In this document: positions 41,449 through 51,786 of the stretch, in pieces
Numbering within the stretch: the stretch's first letter is position 1
Layout of the letters: the number at the start of each line of letters is the position of its first letter
Position numbers and translations under genes: made by a program
Notes under the pieces: model-generated
What the model was told of the DNA's origin: nothing
What the model saw: the letters and a program-made list of their open reading frames with translations, nothing else
Databases searched by the model: none
Origin: Candidatus Hodarchaeum mangrovi
GTDB lineage: Archaea; Asgardarchaeota; Heimdallarchaeia; Hodarchaeales; Hodarchaeaceae
Direction of reading: 5' to 3'
DNA length: 64,000 bases
NCBI GenBank assembly: GCA_016839515.1
Contig: JAEOUE010000207.1
Span: 28,528 to 92,527 of the forward strand

Positions 41449-41980
41449 AAAACCACTCCTTTAAATTGTTAAATCCATTGTGATTGTAATAGTTTAAGTT
41501 ATGGCTAGAAGAAGGATTATTTTTCACATAATCATCTATTTTTAATACTTGAATGATACCAAAATTATGAAAATTACAAATTTATATAACCTCAAAAAAA
41601 AGACACCAAACCTAAGCCATTTTAAAATCGTTAATTATTTCCTAAAAATAATTAAGTCACTAAACTCTATAAAAGATCGTAGATTATATGGTTCAACAAA
41701 TAAAATATCGAAGAAAAAGGTAATAATTACCTTTCTGGGCATGTGTAACTCTCTTACTACCTCTCAATTGTCTTTAACCAAATTAGGTTTCTTTCTGTAT
41801 GATTTAAATAATGTCCCAATAGTCGCTTCTACTGGGTTCTAGTTGGTTTTGACACTTAGAACCTGTTTTAAATTCCTGCATTAGAACCAATAATCTTTTG
41901 TAATATTGATTATAGGTTCTTTATCTATATAAATAAGTTGAAGGTCAAGATCCCACGTATAAATAAAGGATGAATAGTAT

Positions 41981-42508
41981 ATGGCTAATATTTCGGAAAA
42001 AAAACCCGATTCTGAAAAATATCGATTACTCAATATTCGAAAAAACCTTAGACAAAAAATACCATCTTTTCGAAGAATCGAATCTTGGCGCTTAAAAAGG
42101 ATTAAAAAAAGTTGGAGACGACCACGTGGGATTGATTCAAAGGCCCGTGAGAAGAAAAAAGGATGGCCTATAATTCCAATGGCTGGTTTCCGCAGTCCTA
42201 AAGAAATACGATATAAAACGCGTTCTGGGAAGGAAGAAATATTGGTTTTCTCGGCTGCAGACCTTTCATTGATAGATCCAACTTCTCAAGTTGTAAGAAT
42301 TGCTTCTAATATTGGACAAAGGAAGAAGGAACGTATCATAATGGAAGCAGAGTTGCAGAATGTCCGGATTATAAACCCAGTAGTTGCAAAGGTTAAAGTA
42401 GATTTAGGCGATCTTGAAACCGAGTTAGATCTAGATGAAGAGCTTCTGGAAGATATATCAATCGATGATCTAGAATTAGATGAAGATAACAAGGGTGAAG
42501 AAGAATGA
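41981..42508 (+). CDS. rpl32e: 50S ribosomal protein eL32 with acidic C-terminal tail
   Basis: SWRRPRGIDSK, GFRSP. Confidence 0.95.
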   Translation: MANISEKKPDSEKYRLLNIRKNLRQKIPSFRRIESWRLKRIKKSWRRPRGIDSKAREKKKGWPIIPMAGFRSPKEIRYKTRSGKEEILVFSAADLSLIDPTSQVVRIASNIGQRKKERIIMEAELQNVRIINPVVAKVKVDLGDLETELDLDEELLEDISIDDLELDEDNKGEEE

Positions 42509-42972
42509 ATTTAACCCCTCAGAAAAAAATAGCAGCAAGGATTTTGAATGTGGGTATAAATAGAGTTTGGATAAATCCGGAAGTCGAGGAAGATCTTTCA
42601 CTTGCACTTACTCGTGCTGATGTAAGGAAACTAATAGATGACGGAGTAATTCGGAAAAAACCAACTATTGGTGTTTCCCGAGGAAGATCAAAAATTTTAA
42701 AGGTCCAAAAACAGAGAGGACAACGACGCGGACATGGAAGCAGAAAAGGAAAATTAGGGGGTAGACAACCAGGTAAAGAACTCTGGATGAATAAGATTAG
42801 AAGCCAAAGACGTTATTTACAGGGCTTAAGAGATAATGATCTTATTCAACCCTCTCAATACCGAATGTTTTATTCTAAAGTTAAAGGGAACTCTTATCGT
42901 AATGTAGCTCATCTAAAAAATACGATTGAAGATTTGGGAATAATTAAAAAACCAAAAAAGAAAAGGAGATAA
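42505..42972 (+). CDS. rpl19e: 50S ribosomal protein eL19
   Basis: QKKIAARIL.VG..RVWI, RRGHGSRKG. Confidence 0.96.
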   Translation: MNLTPQKKIAARILNVGINRVWINPEVEEDLSLALTRADVRKLIDDGVIRKKPTIGVSRGRSKILKVQKQRGQRRGHGSRKGKLGGRQPGKELWMNKIRSQRRYLQGLRDNDLIQPSQYRMFYSKVKGNSYRNVAHLKNTIEDLGIIKKPKKKRR

Positions 42973-42976
42973 GAAC

Positions 42977-43555
42977 ATGGCAAGAAATGCAAGGTATAGA
43001 GTACCCTATCGACGAAGAAGAGAAGGGAAAACTAACTATCATTTGCGATTAAGACTAGTTAAAAGTGCAACAACAAGAGCTGTTGTAAGGGTTTCAAATT
43101 CCCATAGCTTAGTGCAATTTGTTGATGCACATATTAATGGGGATCAGACACGTTGTGCTGCTCATACACGAGAATTAAAAAAATTTAATTGGTCTGTTGC
43201 CACTTCAAATATCCCAAGTGCTTATCTGGTAGGATATCTAGCAGGAAAAAAAGCATTAAAAAAAGGAATTTCAAACGCAATACTGGATATAGGAATTAAT
43301 CCTCCTATCTATGGTTCTCGAGTTTTTGCAGTGTTAAAAGGAATAGTAGATGCAGGAATTGAAATACCACACTCAGATAAAATATTTCCTTCAAAAGAAC
43401 GATTAAATGGAGAACATATAGCTGAATATGCAAAAAAGATCAAAGGAGAAGATGAGAATTTATATAAGCAGTATTATTCTGGTTATATAAATCAAAATAT
43501 CAATCCAGTAGATTTACCAAAATTATTTGAAAAAACCAAGAATCAAATAACTTAG
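42977..43555 (+). CDS. rpl18: 50S ribosomal protein uL18
   Basis: YRRRREGKTNY, NIPSAYLVG. Confidence 0.96.
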   Translation: MARNARYRVPYRRRREGKTNYHLRLRLVKSATTRAVVRVSNSHSLVQFVDAHINGDQTRCAAHTRELKKFNWSVATSNIPSAYLVGYLAGKKALKKGISNAILDIGINPPIYGSRVFAVLKGIVDAGIEIPHSDKIFPSKERLNGEHIAEYAKKIKGEDENLYKQYYSGYINQNINPVDLPKLFEKTKNQIT

Positions 43556-43595
43556 AGGAATAAGAAATTATCAATTATAGGATTGTGATTATTTT

Positions 43596-44264
43596 ATGAG
43601 TAGAAGCAGAGGTAGAGATCGAGACCAAGAAATGGGAGCTCCAAGTTTTGATCTTGAATCATGGATCCCAAGAACTGAAGTAGGTCAAATGGTTAAAGAT
43701 GGTACAATAACTTCAATATATGACATTTTCAGAGATAGTTTCAAAATTGATGATGTCGCTATCGTTGATCTTCTGGTTCCAAACCTGACTGAAACAGTAT
43801 TAGATGTAGGCCGTGTTCAACGTCAAACAGATGCTGGTCGAAAAACCTTATTCATTGCAACGGCCGGTGTTGGGAATAAAAATGGAATAGTTGGTGTGGC
43901 TCAAGCTAAAGCAGCTGGTGTAGGAACAGCAATTCGAAATGCGATAATTCTTTCAAAGTTGAATATTATCCCCGTAAAAAGAGGGTGTGGAAGCTGGGAA
44001 TGTACATGTAGTAATCCCCACTCAATACCGTTTGAGGTGGAAGGAAAAGTGGGTAGTGTTAAAGTTATTCTAAAGCCTGCACCAAAAGGATTAGGATTAG
44101 TTATTGGTGACGTTGCTAAAAGTGTTCTTGAATTAGCAGGGGTCTCAGATATTTGGAGTAATACTTTCGGAGATACCAGAACAACACAAAACTTTTGTAA
44201 AGCAACGTTTGAAGCCTTACGAGCAACATATAGCATTTCTCATTCGTCAGAATGGGGTGAATAG
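43596..44264 (+). CDS. rps5: 30S ribosomal protein uS5
   Basis: WIPRT, VQRQTDAG, RGCGSWEC, PAPKGLGL. Confidence 0.97.
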   Translation: MSRSRGRDRDQEMGAPSFDLESWIPRTEVGQMVKDGTITSIYDIFRDSFKIDDVAIVDLLVPNLTETVLDVGRVQRQTDAGRKTLFIATAGVGNKNGIVGVAQAKAAGVGTAIRNAIILSKLNIIPVKRGCGSWECTCSNPHSIPFEVEGKVGSVKVILKPAPKGLGLVIGDVAKSVLELAGVSDIWSNTFGDTRTTQNFCKATFEALRATYSISHSSEWGE

Positions 44265-44265
44265 G

Positions 44266-44763
44266 ATGGGACAAGAGACAATTAATCCAACAAATAGAAT
44301 TGCAGTTATTCGAGTAAGAGGTACTGTTGATCGTAGTTATTCTATCAAAAAAACTCTTAATCTGCTTCGCTTGAACCGGACAAATCACTGTACAATAATT
44401 GATGATCGTGTAACCTTTAAAGGGATGCTTCAAAAAGCAAAAGATACATTAACCTGGGGTGAAATTGATTCTGAGACATTTAAGACTTTATTACTAAAAA
44501 GAGGGCAAGTTGAAGGAGGAGGACGATTAACTGATGAATATATTAAAGCTAATTCAAAATTTAAAAATATGGATGACTTTATCAAAAGCTTTCTTACTTT
44601 TAAAGCTGACATAAAAGATATAAAAGGACTTAAACCAGTATTTCGGTTACATCCGCCTAGGAAGGGGTATAACATTAGAGGCGTAAAAAAACCTTATACT
44701 CTTGGTGGAGCACTAGGCTATAGAGGAAAAGAAATTAATAAATTAATTGATAAAATGGCATAA
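44266..44763 (+). CDS. rpl30: 50S ribosomal protein uL30
   Basis: IAVIRVRG, FRLHPPRKG, GALGYRG; start ATG 44266. Confidence 0.95.
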   Translation: MGQETINPTNRIAVIRVRGTVDRSYSIKKTLNLLRLNRTNHCTIIDDRVTFKGMLQKAKDTLTWGEIDSETFKTLLLKRGQVEGGGRLTDEYIKANSKFKNMDDFIKSFLTFKADIKDIKGLKPVFRLHPPRKGYNIRGVKKPYTLGGALGYRGKEINKLIDKMA

Positions 44764-44773
44764 AGTGAAAAGA

Positions 44774-45220
44774 ATGACAGTTAGAAGACCGAAAAAAGTA
44801 CGTAAACAAAGAGGGAGTAGAACCCATGGATACGGACGAATTTCAGGTGGCCATCGAAAAAGTGGACAACGAGGAGGAAAAGGGGGAGCAGGAATTAAAG
44901 ACCATAAACGTATTACCCGAATAAAAGCCTTAATCGATAGTCAAAAAGGCTTTACAGCTCCAAATCCAAACTTAACCACTCGAGCTATAAATATTGGAGA
45001 TATTAACAGGCAAATTGAAAAACTGGTTACCAACGGTATGGCAACCAAAGAAGGAAAAGGATTTAAAATAAACTTAACAGAACATGGCATAACAAAGGTC
45101 ATGGGAAAGGGACTAGTAACAAACGCCCTTCAAATCACTGTTGAAAACATAACTACAAAAGCACGAGAAAAAATTGAAACAGCTGGGGGAAAAGTAATCT
45201 TAACCTCAGAAGATAGCTAA
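44774..45220 (+). CDS. rpl15: 50S ribosomal protein uL15
   Basis: RGSRTHGYG...HRKSGQRGGKG; start ATG 44774. Confidence 0.95.
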   Translation: MTVRRPKKVRKQRGSRTHGYGRISGGHRKSGQRGGKGGAGIKDHKRITRIKALIDSQKGFTAPNPNLTTRAINIGDINRQIEKLVTNGMATKEGKGFKINLTEHGITKVMGKGLVTNALQITVENITTKAREKIETAGGKVILTSEDS

Positions 45221-45279
45221 TCCGAGACCTATTAGGTAGTTAGACAAAATCAGAAGAAGAAAATCGAGAATGAAAAAAT

Positions 45280-45353
45280 GGGCCGGTGGTCTAGCCCGGT
45301 ATGACGGCTCCCTGACACGGAGCAGGTCGGCAGTTCGAATCTGCTCCGGCCCA
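45280..45353 (+). tRNA. tRNA-Val(GAC), no intron
   Basis: GGGCCGG...GCTCC CT GAC AC GGAGC...TTCGAAT...CCGGCCC A. Confidence 0.96.
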
Positions 45354-45503
45354 CTTACTTTTTGGTAAAATTCCAAATAGAGGAAGGGAATATTCGTAGA
45401 GATTAAATTAATATCAAAAAAGTGAACTTAGAGTAAACTTTATAAGCTCAAACAGGTTATTTCATGGACTGGGAGTTAAAAACCAGAATAGAAAGATAGA
45501 ATA

Positions 45504-45887
45504 ATGACAGGAACCCTTCTGAAGAAAATTGATTGCGTTATGTATTGTGTAAAAGATTTGGAGAAGGCAATACAGTTTTATACAGAGGTTTTCGGTCTGA
45601 AAATAGGATGGAAGGATAAAGAAGAAGAAATAGTGGGTTTAATTCTACCTGAAACGGATGCAGAAATAGTCCTTCATAAGGATACAACTCTACCAACGCC
45701 TGCCATTAGCTTCCATGTAGAGAATGTAGAAAAATTTTGTAGATACTATCAAAAAGCAGGGTATAATATCCTTTTAGAGCCTATTGAGGTCAGATGTGGA
45801 AAATATGCCGAGCTCCAGGACCCCGAAGGAAATACAATCCCTATTATCGATTTGACCAAATTTGGTGGAAAACCCCAGTCCGATTAG
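45504..45887 (+). CDS. VOC/glyoxalase-family protein
   Basis: VKDLEKAIQFYTEVFG...SFHVENV...QDPEGN. Confidence 0.88.
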   Translation: MTGTLLKKIDCVMYCVKDLEKAIQFYTEVFGLKIGWKDKEEEIVGLILPETDAEIVLHKDTTLPTPAISFHVENVEKFCRYYQKAGYNILLEPIEVRCGKYAELQDPEGNTIPIIDLTKFGGKPQSD

Positions 45888-46087
45888 AAGTGGTTTACAT
45901 CGATGAGCTATGACCACAATACGCTAAGAGTGCATCTGTTGATGATCGCTAATATGATGGTACAAGACTTTGATCTCCCCTCAAAGGACGAGTACTCCCA
46001 AACACCTAATAGCCGTTCCCAAATGAAAGGAGAAGACTAAAATTGGACATTTGGTCAAAAAGATTGGGTGAAATCCTATTAAAACAG

Positions 46088-46170
46088 CGTCGGGAGGGGG
46101 ATTTGAACCCCCGAGCTCGCAGAGCACTAACTTAGCAGGCTAGCTCCATACCAGGCTTGGATATCCCGAC
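46088..46170 (-). tRNA. tRNA-Ser(GCU), no intron
   Basis: GTCGGGA...CTAGC CT GCT AA GTTAG, long variable arm, G73. Confidence 0.94.
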
Positions 46171-46261
46171 TGGTTGTTATGTTGGCTGTGGTTCTGTTTG
46201 TTGCTTCATGTAAAGTGTTTTATATTTCGTTTTTTTTCTTTTTTTCTGAGTGTGTGCTTCT

Positions 46262-46738
46262 ATGGTCTTCTCTAATTTATTTATGCTTTTGCATAATTCG
46301 CATAGTCGTAGTTTTGTGCGGTTATTTGCGGATACTTGTATTGCCTTGCAGTGTAAGACTGTGCTTTTTAGTAAGATTACGGCTTCTGCTGCTTCTATTG
46401 GTATTCCTGAGGCGCAAAAGCATGTGTTGAAGTATGACGGGAATTTATTATTTTTTACGGATCTTGAAGATGTTCTTACCACTCTTCAACCAAATACTGT
46501 CTTTTTGGTGGTTGCTCAGAAATATGCTAAGGAACCTGTTCCTTTTCCCGATATTCATACCGCTCTTAACGTAGGTAAGGTGTTAGTGATTGTTGGTGGC
46601 TCTAGTCCTGGGTTAACCCGAAAGGAGCTGGATCTTGGTCATTGTATTTTTCTCCCAAGTGTTTTGTACGATCTCAATCCCATTGCTCAAACCGCGTTGT
46701 TTCTTGGAGGTTTACTTGCTTCCCGTCCTGATGTCTGA
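46262..46738 (+). CDS. DUF2122/COG4080 SPOUT-like protein
   Basis: LHNSHS...AASIGIPEA...DLEDV...GLTRKELDLG. Confidence 0.7.
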   Translation: MVFSNLFMLLHNSHSRSFVRLFADTCIALQCKTVLFSKITASAASIGIPEAQKHVLKYDGNLLFFTDLEDVLTTLQPNTVFLVVAQKYAKEPVPFPDIHTALNVGKVLVIVGGSSPGLTRKELDLGHCIFLPSVLYDLNPIAQTALFLGGLLASRPDV

Positions 46739-46806
46739 AGTGAGTTTTTTGCATTTTACTCTCTTCTATGCCTCTAGAGGAGCTATCTAAGATTTTTGTT
46801 GTTGTT

Positions 46807-47331
46807 TCAAGCTTGTGGAGGGGTAAGCTTCGCTAGAATCTTGGAGTGAAATAACATCCCATACCCTGTTATGAGGAGTAATAGTATCACTACCAGTAAT
46901 CCATTCTGTGGAAAGACAATGACATAGATAATCAAGGTTACATCAATGATGACTCCAAGTATCCAATGAAAGGGTGTTGGGGCAAGGCCATTGTAGAATA
47001 TGATAAAGGCTATCGTTGCTACAGTTGACGAAAGGATTATCAATGGGGGAAGATATTCATTCAAAGCTATAAGATCTAGAACCCCTAATCCACTTCCAAC
47101 AAATAAGATCATGATTAGAATCCAAGTCATTATTCCGATATAAGAGAGAAGTGGGGGTGGTATTACTTTATCTAAGAGCCATGATCGTCGAGCCCATCCT
47201 GTATATACCTTAGTTTTTTCATCATAATTGTAAATTAAGAAGATTAAGTGGATTAACCCATGAAAAATTAGGAACCAGCCTAAAAATATTTGCTCTAATC
47301 CTGTTATCTCTAATATATTCATTTTTTTCAC
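46807..47331 (-). CDS. Multi-pass membrane protein
   Basis: About five TM segments; HGLIHL motif; SWLL. Confidence 0.7.
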   Translation of the reverse strand: MKKMNILEITGLEQIFLGWFLIFHGLIHLIFLIYNYDEKTKVYTGWARRSWLLDKVIPPPLLSYIGIMTWILIMILFVGSGLGVLDLIALNEYLPPLIILSSTVATIAFIIFYNGLAPTPFHWILGVIIDVTLIIYVIVFPQNGLLVVILLLLITGYGMLFHSKILAKLTPPQA

Positions 47332-47649
47332 TCCATACGACAGTGTTGGTCTTTATGATTTATCTTTTTATAATTGTTATCATAAATAAAAATACATAAG
47401 GAATAAAGCATAAAACTTCTTACCTTATGTGATTAAAATCTATTTTACTTTCCTAATATCTTTTCTTTTACCCAATGAAGGTATAGAACTCAAATCTTTA
47501 CCAAAAGGGGTTAATAGAATACTCTATGATAAAAAATAAGATAATTTGTAATATATAGGTAAACCAGAAGGAATATTTCTCAGATATTGAACTGTCTACC
47601 TATTCAATACTTTTTTGTCTTAAAGAGCTTAATCCTTTTGTAGGCTACT

Positions 47650-48630
47650 TTGATTCTTGAGATGAGTTATGAGTCTATAATGTTGCTCCTCGATCTTTTC
47701 TGTGGTTGTGGTGGGTTTACTCAAGGTTTTCGTCAGGTTAGTAATGCATTTTCTATTGTATTAGGGGTGGATCAAGATTCTTATGCCCTTAATGCATATC
47801 AGATGAATTTTCCCCGAACTAAGACATTAGAATGTGATATTCGATCCCTACATAGTTTAGAGCTGTTAGAGCAATTGAACCATCAGTATCCTGATATAAT
47901 CCTTGCCAGTCCTCCGTGTGAAGCGTTTTCGGGAGCCAATCCAAAGCGTTTGTCTAGAGGTTATAATCAATTATTCGAGGATGAGCGGGGTCGACTGGTG
48001 CTTGATGCTATTCGACTGATTATTGATTTAGAACCGCGGGTGTTTCTTATAGAAAATGTGTCTCAGCTTGCCTCTTCTACTCTCCAAGCACTTATTCGTT
48101 ATGAATTCAGACATTCTCCCTATCCTGTGATCTATTTTAATCGCCTAGAAGCAGTGAATCATGGTGTACCCAGTTTTCGTAAACGTGTGTTTATTTCCAA
48201 TGTTCCATTTAATTCAACCCAAGAAACGCCTATAGTGACAGTGAGGGATGCATTCACGGATTTTCCTGACCCTTTAGATGATTTATATCAAGAAACAATC
48301 CCCATTCCCTTCAAAATGGCTAAAAAACTCATTAAACTCCACCCTGGAGGTGCTTTGGTCTATTTTAAGGGAAGTCGAAATTCCACGTTACGTAATTTCA
48401 TTCGTCTTGACTGGGAACACCCCAGTCCCACTGTTATGGGAAAAAGCCGCTTTATTCATCCTTCTGAGTCTCGATTTTGTACTATTCGCGAACATGCTCG
48501 TTTAATGAGTTTTCCTGATTCTTTTCACTTTTCAGGTCCCATTGAGCAGCAATACAACCAAATTGGTGAGAGTGTTCCTCCTACCTTAAGTTCCTTCCTT
48601 GCTAAGCAAATATTAAAAGAAAGTTTATGA
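47650..48630 (+). CDS. C5-cytosine methyltransferase (orphan)
   Basis: DLFCGCGG, SPPCE, ENV, RKRVF, ARLMSFPD, QIGESVPP. Confidence 0.92.
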   Translation: MILEMSYESIMLLLDLFCGCGGFTQGFRQVSNAFSIVLGVDQDSYALNAYQMNFPRTKTLECDIRSLHSLELLEQLNHQYPDIILASPPCEAFSGANPKRLSRGYNQLFEDERGRLVLDAIRLIIDLEPRVFLIENVSQLASSTLQALIRYEFRHSPYPVIYFNRLEAVNHGVPSFRKRVFISNVPFNSTQETPIVTVRDAFTDFPDPLDDLYQETIPIPFKMAKKLIKLHPGGALVYFKGSRNSTLRNFIRLDWEHPSPTVMGKSRFIHPSESRFCTIREHARLMSFPDSFHFSGPIEQQYNQIGESVPPTLSSFLAKQILKESL

Positions 48631-48682
48631 AGTGAAGTCTAAATGGGTTATCCTGCATAGAAAGTCGTTTCTAGGGGTGTTA

Positions 48683-48970
48683 ATGTCGCAAATTAAAATT
48701 CTCAGAAGAGAAGAATCATTACTCGAATTTGAAATAGAAGGAGAAGACCATAGTTTTCTAAACCTCCTACGTGAAGTCCTCAAAGATCAAGCTGGTGTTT
48801 TATTTACAGCTTATAGGTTTCCCCATCCTTTATTGGAAAATCCAATTTTTTATCTAAGAACATCAGAAATCGTTCCAATCGAAGCCTTAGGTGTTGCGTC
48901 CAAATCTATCATTCAAATGTGTGATGAACTAACGGAAATTATTCACTCCACGGTTAAAGGTAACTTTTAA
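48683..48970 (+). CDS. rpoL: RNA polymerase subunit L (Rpo11)
   Basis: EGEDHSFLNLLR...AYRFPHPL; start ATG 48683. Confidence 0.92.
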   Translation: MSQIKILRREESLLEFEIEGEDHSFLNLLREVLKDQAGVLFTAYRFPHPLLENPIFYLRTSEIVPIEALGVASKSIIQMCDELTEIIHSTVKGNF

Positions 48971-48988
48971 CGGAAACTTGGGTTAACA

Positions 48989-49423
48989 GTGGCAGATCTG
49001 AAGGATAAGCTGCAAAAGGTTCTTGATAGTAAAGCATCTCTCACTGATTTTATTTCTCAAAAGGATAATGCAAAATTAGGTGATGCTCTGGTGAACTTTC
49101 TTTATTCCCTTGCGAAAAGTCTAGCAACTAATCATGTAACAGGTATCAAAGTATCAGATTCTATCCTTGCCCAAGCGTATAAAACCTCGATCTGGTACGA
49201 CCAAAAAGCATTATTGATTAAAGGAGACAAAGGAAGAATTGCGGACGCCATTGAGACCCTGATACTTTACTTCTGGGTGGTAAAGGATATTTCTCTTAAT
49301 GAATTAGTTGAACCCTTAAGTCAAACCCTTAAATTCAAGGATCTTTCACATCCTCGCTTAGAACGAATAGCTGCTATTCAGGCCTTTCAGGAACTCTTAA
49401 ATTTATTATTTCTAAAACAATAA
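48989..49423 (+). CDS. Hypothetical helical protein
   Basis: 144 aa ORF in operon-like spacing after rpoL. Confidence 0.6.
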   Translation: MADLKDKLQKVLDSKASLTDFISQKDNAKLGDALVNFLYSLAKSLATNHVTGIKVSDSILAQAYKTSIWYDQKALLIKGDKGRIADAIETLILYFWVVKDISLNELVEPLSQTLKFKDLSHPRLERIAAIQAFQELLNLLFLKQ

Positions 49424-49443
49424 CGAAGACCTAACAAGAGGGG

Positions 49444-50637
49444 TTATAGATATTGGCTCATACGGGCAAGAAAACTGCCTTTCTTATCTAAGACTTTTTG
49501 GGTAGCCTTCTTAAAATCATCAAACGTTACCATAGTCCGTTTTTCCCGAATTGCAAACATTCCTGCTTCCTGAGTGATTGCACGAATATCTGCTCCCGAT
49601 GCCTGTGTTGATTCACTCGCCAAGAAGGCAAAATCCACTTTAGAGTTCACATTCATCCCTCGTGAATGGATTTTAAAGATCTCCAGTCGTTCCTCTTGAT
49701 TTGGGAGTGGAAATTCGATATGTCGATCAAATCGCCCCGGTCGTAGTAAAGCGGGATCCAAGATATCGACTCGGTTGGTTGCCCCAATTATTTTTACATC
49801 ACCTCGTGGGGAAAATCCATCTAATTCACTCAATAACTGCATCAGGGTTCGCTGAACTTCTCGATCTCCACTCGTGGCAATATCAAGTCTTTTACTTCCG
49901 ATAGCGTCGAGTTCATCAATAAATAATATACTTGGAGAATTATCCCGAGCATAGGAAAACACTTCTCGCACCAATCGTGCGCCTTCCCCTATATACTTTT
50001 GAACCAGCTCGGACCCAATCACCCGAATAAATGTAGCTTTGGTCTCGCGTGCGACCGCTTTTACCATCAGTGTCTTTCCTGACCCTGGTGGACCATGTAG
50101 TAAGACCCCTTTGGGTGGTTCAATACCCACCTTCTCAAACAGCTCTGGATTAAGTAATGGTAATTCTACCGTTTCCCTAAGCTCTTGCAATTGCTCTTTT
50201 AATCCCCCAATATCTTCATAAGACTCCGTTGGTTTAGTATCTATTTCCATAGAACGAACTAATGGATCACGACTTGTAGGAAGGACTTCTAATATAGCAA
50301 AGTTCCGTTGATGGAGAGCCACTCGTGCGCCAGGAGTCAGGGTTTCGCTTGGAATGGAAGAATCGATCACAACTACAAATGATGGCCCCGTAGAACTTTT
50401 TACTATCGCTTTGTTGTCATCTAATACCTCTTGGAGAGTTCCTGTAAATAAAGGAGGTTGTCGTAATTTTTGAAGTTCTAATTTTAGATTGTCTCTTTCC
50501 TCCTCAAGCTTGTTCCGCTGAACCTCTAATAATTGTCGTTCAGTCTCTAAAGCACGAATCCTGCGCTCCATGGTGCGGGTATAAGAATCAGCGAATTCAT
50601 CGAAAGTTGATTTTTTATTTTCCACTGTGTCTGGCAT
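49444..50637 (-). CDS. pan: Proteasome-activating nucleotidase
   Basis: Coiled coil plus OB fold, [22 protein letters not shown]-terminal HbYX-like QYL. Confidence 0.97.
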   Translation of the reverse strand: MPDTVENKKSTFDEFADSYTRTMERRIRALETERQLLEVQRNKLEEERDNLKLELQKLRQPPLFTGTLQEVLDDNKAIVKSSTGPSFVVVIDSSIPSETLTPGARVALHQRNFAILEVLPTSRDPLVRSMEIDTKPTESYEDIGGLKEQLQELRETVELPLLNPELFEKVGIEPPKGVLLHGPPGSGKTLMVKAVARETKATFIRVIGSELVQKYIGEGARLVREVFSYARDNSPSILFIDELDAIGSKRLDIATSGDREVQRTLMQLLSELDGFSPRGDVKIIGATNRVDILDPALLRPGRFDRHIEFPLPNQEERLEIFKIHSRGMNVNSKVDFAFLASESTQASGADIRAITQEAGMFAIREKRTMVTFDDFKKATQKVLDKKGSFLARMSQYL

Positions 50638-51039
50638 GAAGTTCCCTACATCTTAATCTGCTTTCAGTCGTGTATTAAAGCTTTACGAAAGTTACCATTG
50701 GAAATAGTATCAGAGACTGTTGTTTCCACTTAGTCTCCAGACAGGGTGTTTCGGAAGAGTTTTTACCTGTCAATATTACATTGTCATGAACCCTTTATTT
50801 TTGTTTCTTTTCGAGCTATACATAAAAAACTACTTAATTTTTTATATTATCCTGAACTAGTTAGTAATGGGATGCATACAGAAAAAAACCATCTGTTTAC
50901 ACCATTTTGAAGATTTAATGGTTAGTTATTTAACAACTTCACAGAATGGACTATAACTTAAGCTTTGAATTTTTATTTGATGGTCAAAATCTTAAAACCC
51001 CTTTCCAGAAAAATCGTTTATGAAGAGGAAGTAGAATAA

Positions 51040-51576
51040 TTGTCCCGGAATCAACCATGTGAAATGTGTGGTGCAGAAAGTCCCGTTACTTTGGTTGAAA
51101 TTGATCGTGTAAAGCTCTATGCTTGTGCTAGATGTGCGAAGTTTGGTACTCCTGTCCAAAAGAAACCAGAAAAACGACCATTTAAGCCTCCAACAGCCCC
51201 AAGACCAACTCAACGTAGTTCTCCCAAACCTGAAAGACAATACAAACCACCTAAGAAAGATTTTCTCCACGATAAGATCCTTGTCGATGGATATGGCGAA
51301 ATTATCCAAAATGCTCGAAGAGACAAGGGACTAGGAAGAGCAGAATTTGCTCAACTTATAAAAGAGAAAGAAACCCTCCTAGCTAGGATAGAAGCTGAAA
51401 AAGTATTACCCACTGACATAATAATTGCAAAAATCGAACGTGAGCTGGGAATCGAACTAAAAACAGAAATTACAGATGAAAAAACTATTGTAGATGATTT
51501 TATACCCAAAGCTACCACAATTGGTTCAATTGCAAAGATAAAACGAAAAAAACAGGAAAAATCCTCCGAAAATTGA
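51040..51576 (+). CDS. Archaeal MBF1 (zinc ribbon plus HTH)
   Basis: CEMCG...CARCAKFG, YGEIIQNAR, IERELGIEL. Confidence 0.92.
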   Translation: MSRNQPCEMCGAESPVTLVEIDRVKLYACARCAKFGTPVQKKPEKRPFKPPTAPRPTQRSSPKPERQYKPPKKDFLHDKILVDGYGEIIQNARRDKGLGRAEFAQLIKEKETLLARIEAEKVLPTDIIIAKIERELGIELKTEITDEKTIVDDFIPKATTIGSIAKIKRKKQEKSSEN

Positions 51577-51786
51577 CCTAAAAAAACTCTAGATTTATCT
51601 GATACAGAAATTGATAGTAAAAAACTGAAAAATCATTCTTTTAAACAAATTTCACCTAGATAAAATTTAACAACCTGAGGCAAGGACGGTTAAGATGAGC
51701 ATTGAGAGATGATAGAGCTCTCTGAGTTAATGAATAATTATTCTTATATCTTTCAAAAATAATAAACATAAAAAGAGTAGATAGAA

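Noticed and set aside
41549-41842. 97-aa ORF between nurA and rpl32e
   Set aside because: TTG start, low-complexity Lys/Asn/Ile composition typical of AT-rich intergenic DNA
45945-46035. Possible C/D sRNA (TGATGA...ATGA); a similar weak pattern lies near 51690-51730
   Set aside because: Box spacing is irregular, with no terminal stem or convincing target
45354-46087. Integrated element between the tRNA-Val and tRNA-Ser 3' ends
   Set aside because: No integrase and no duplicated tRNA 3' end seen; only a VOC gene
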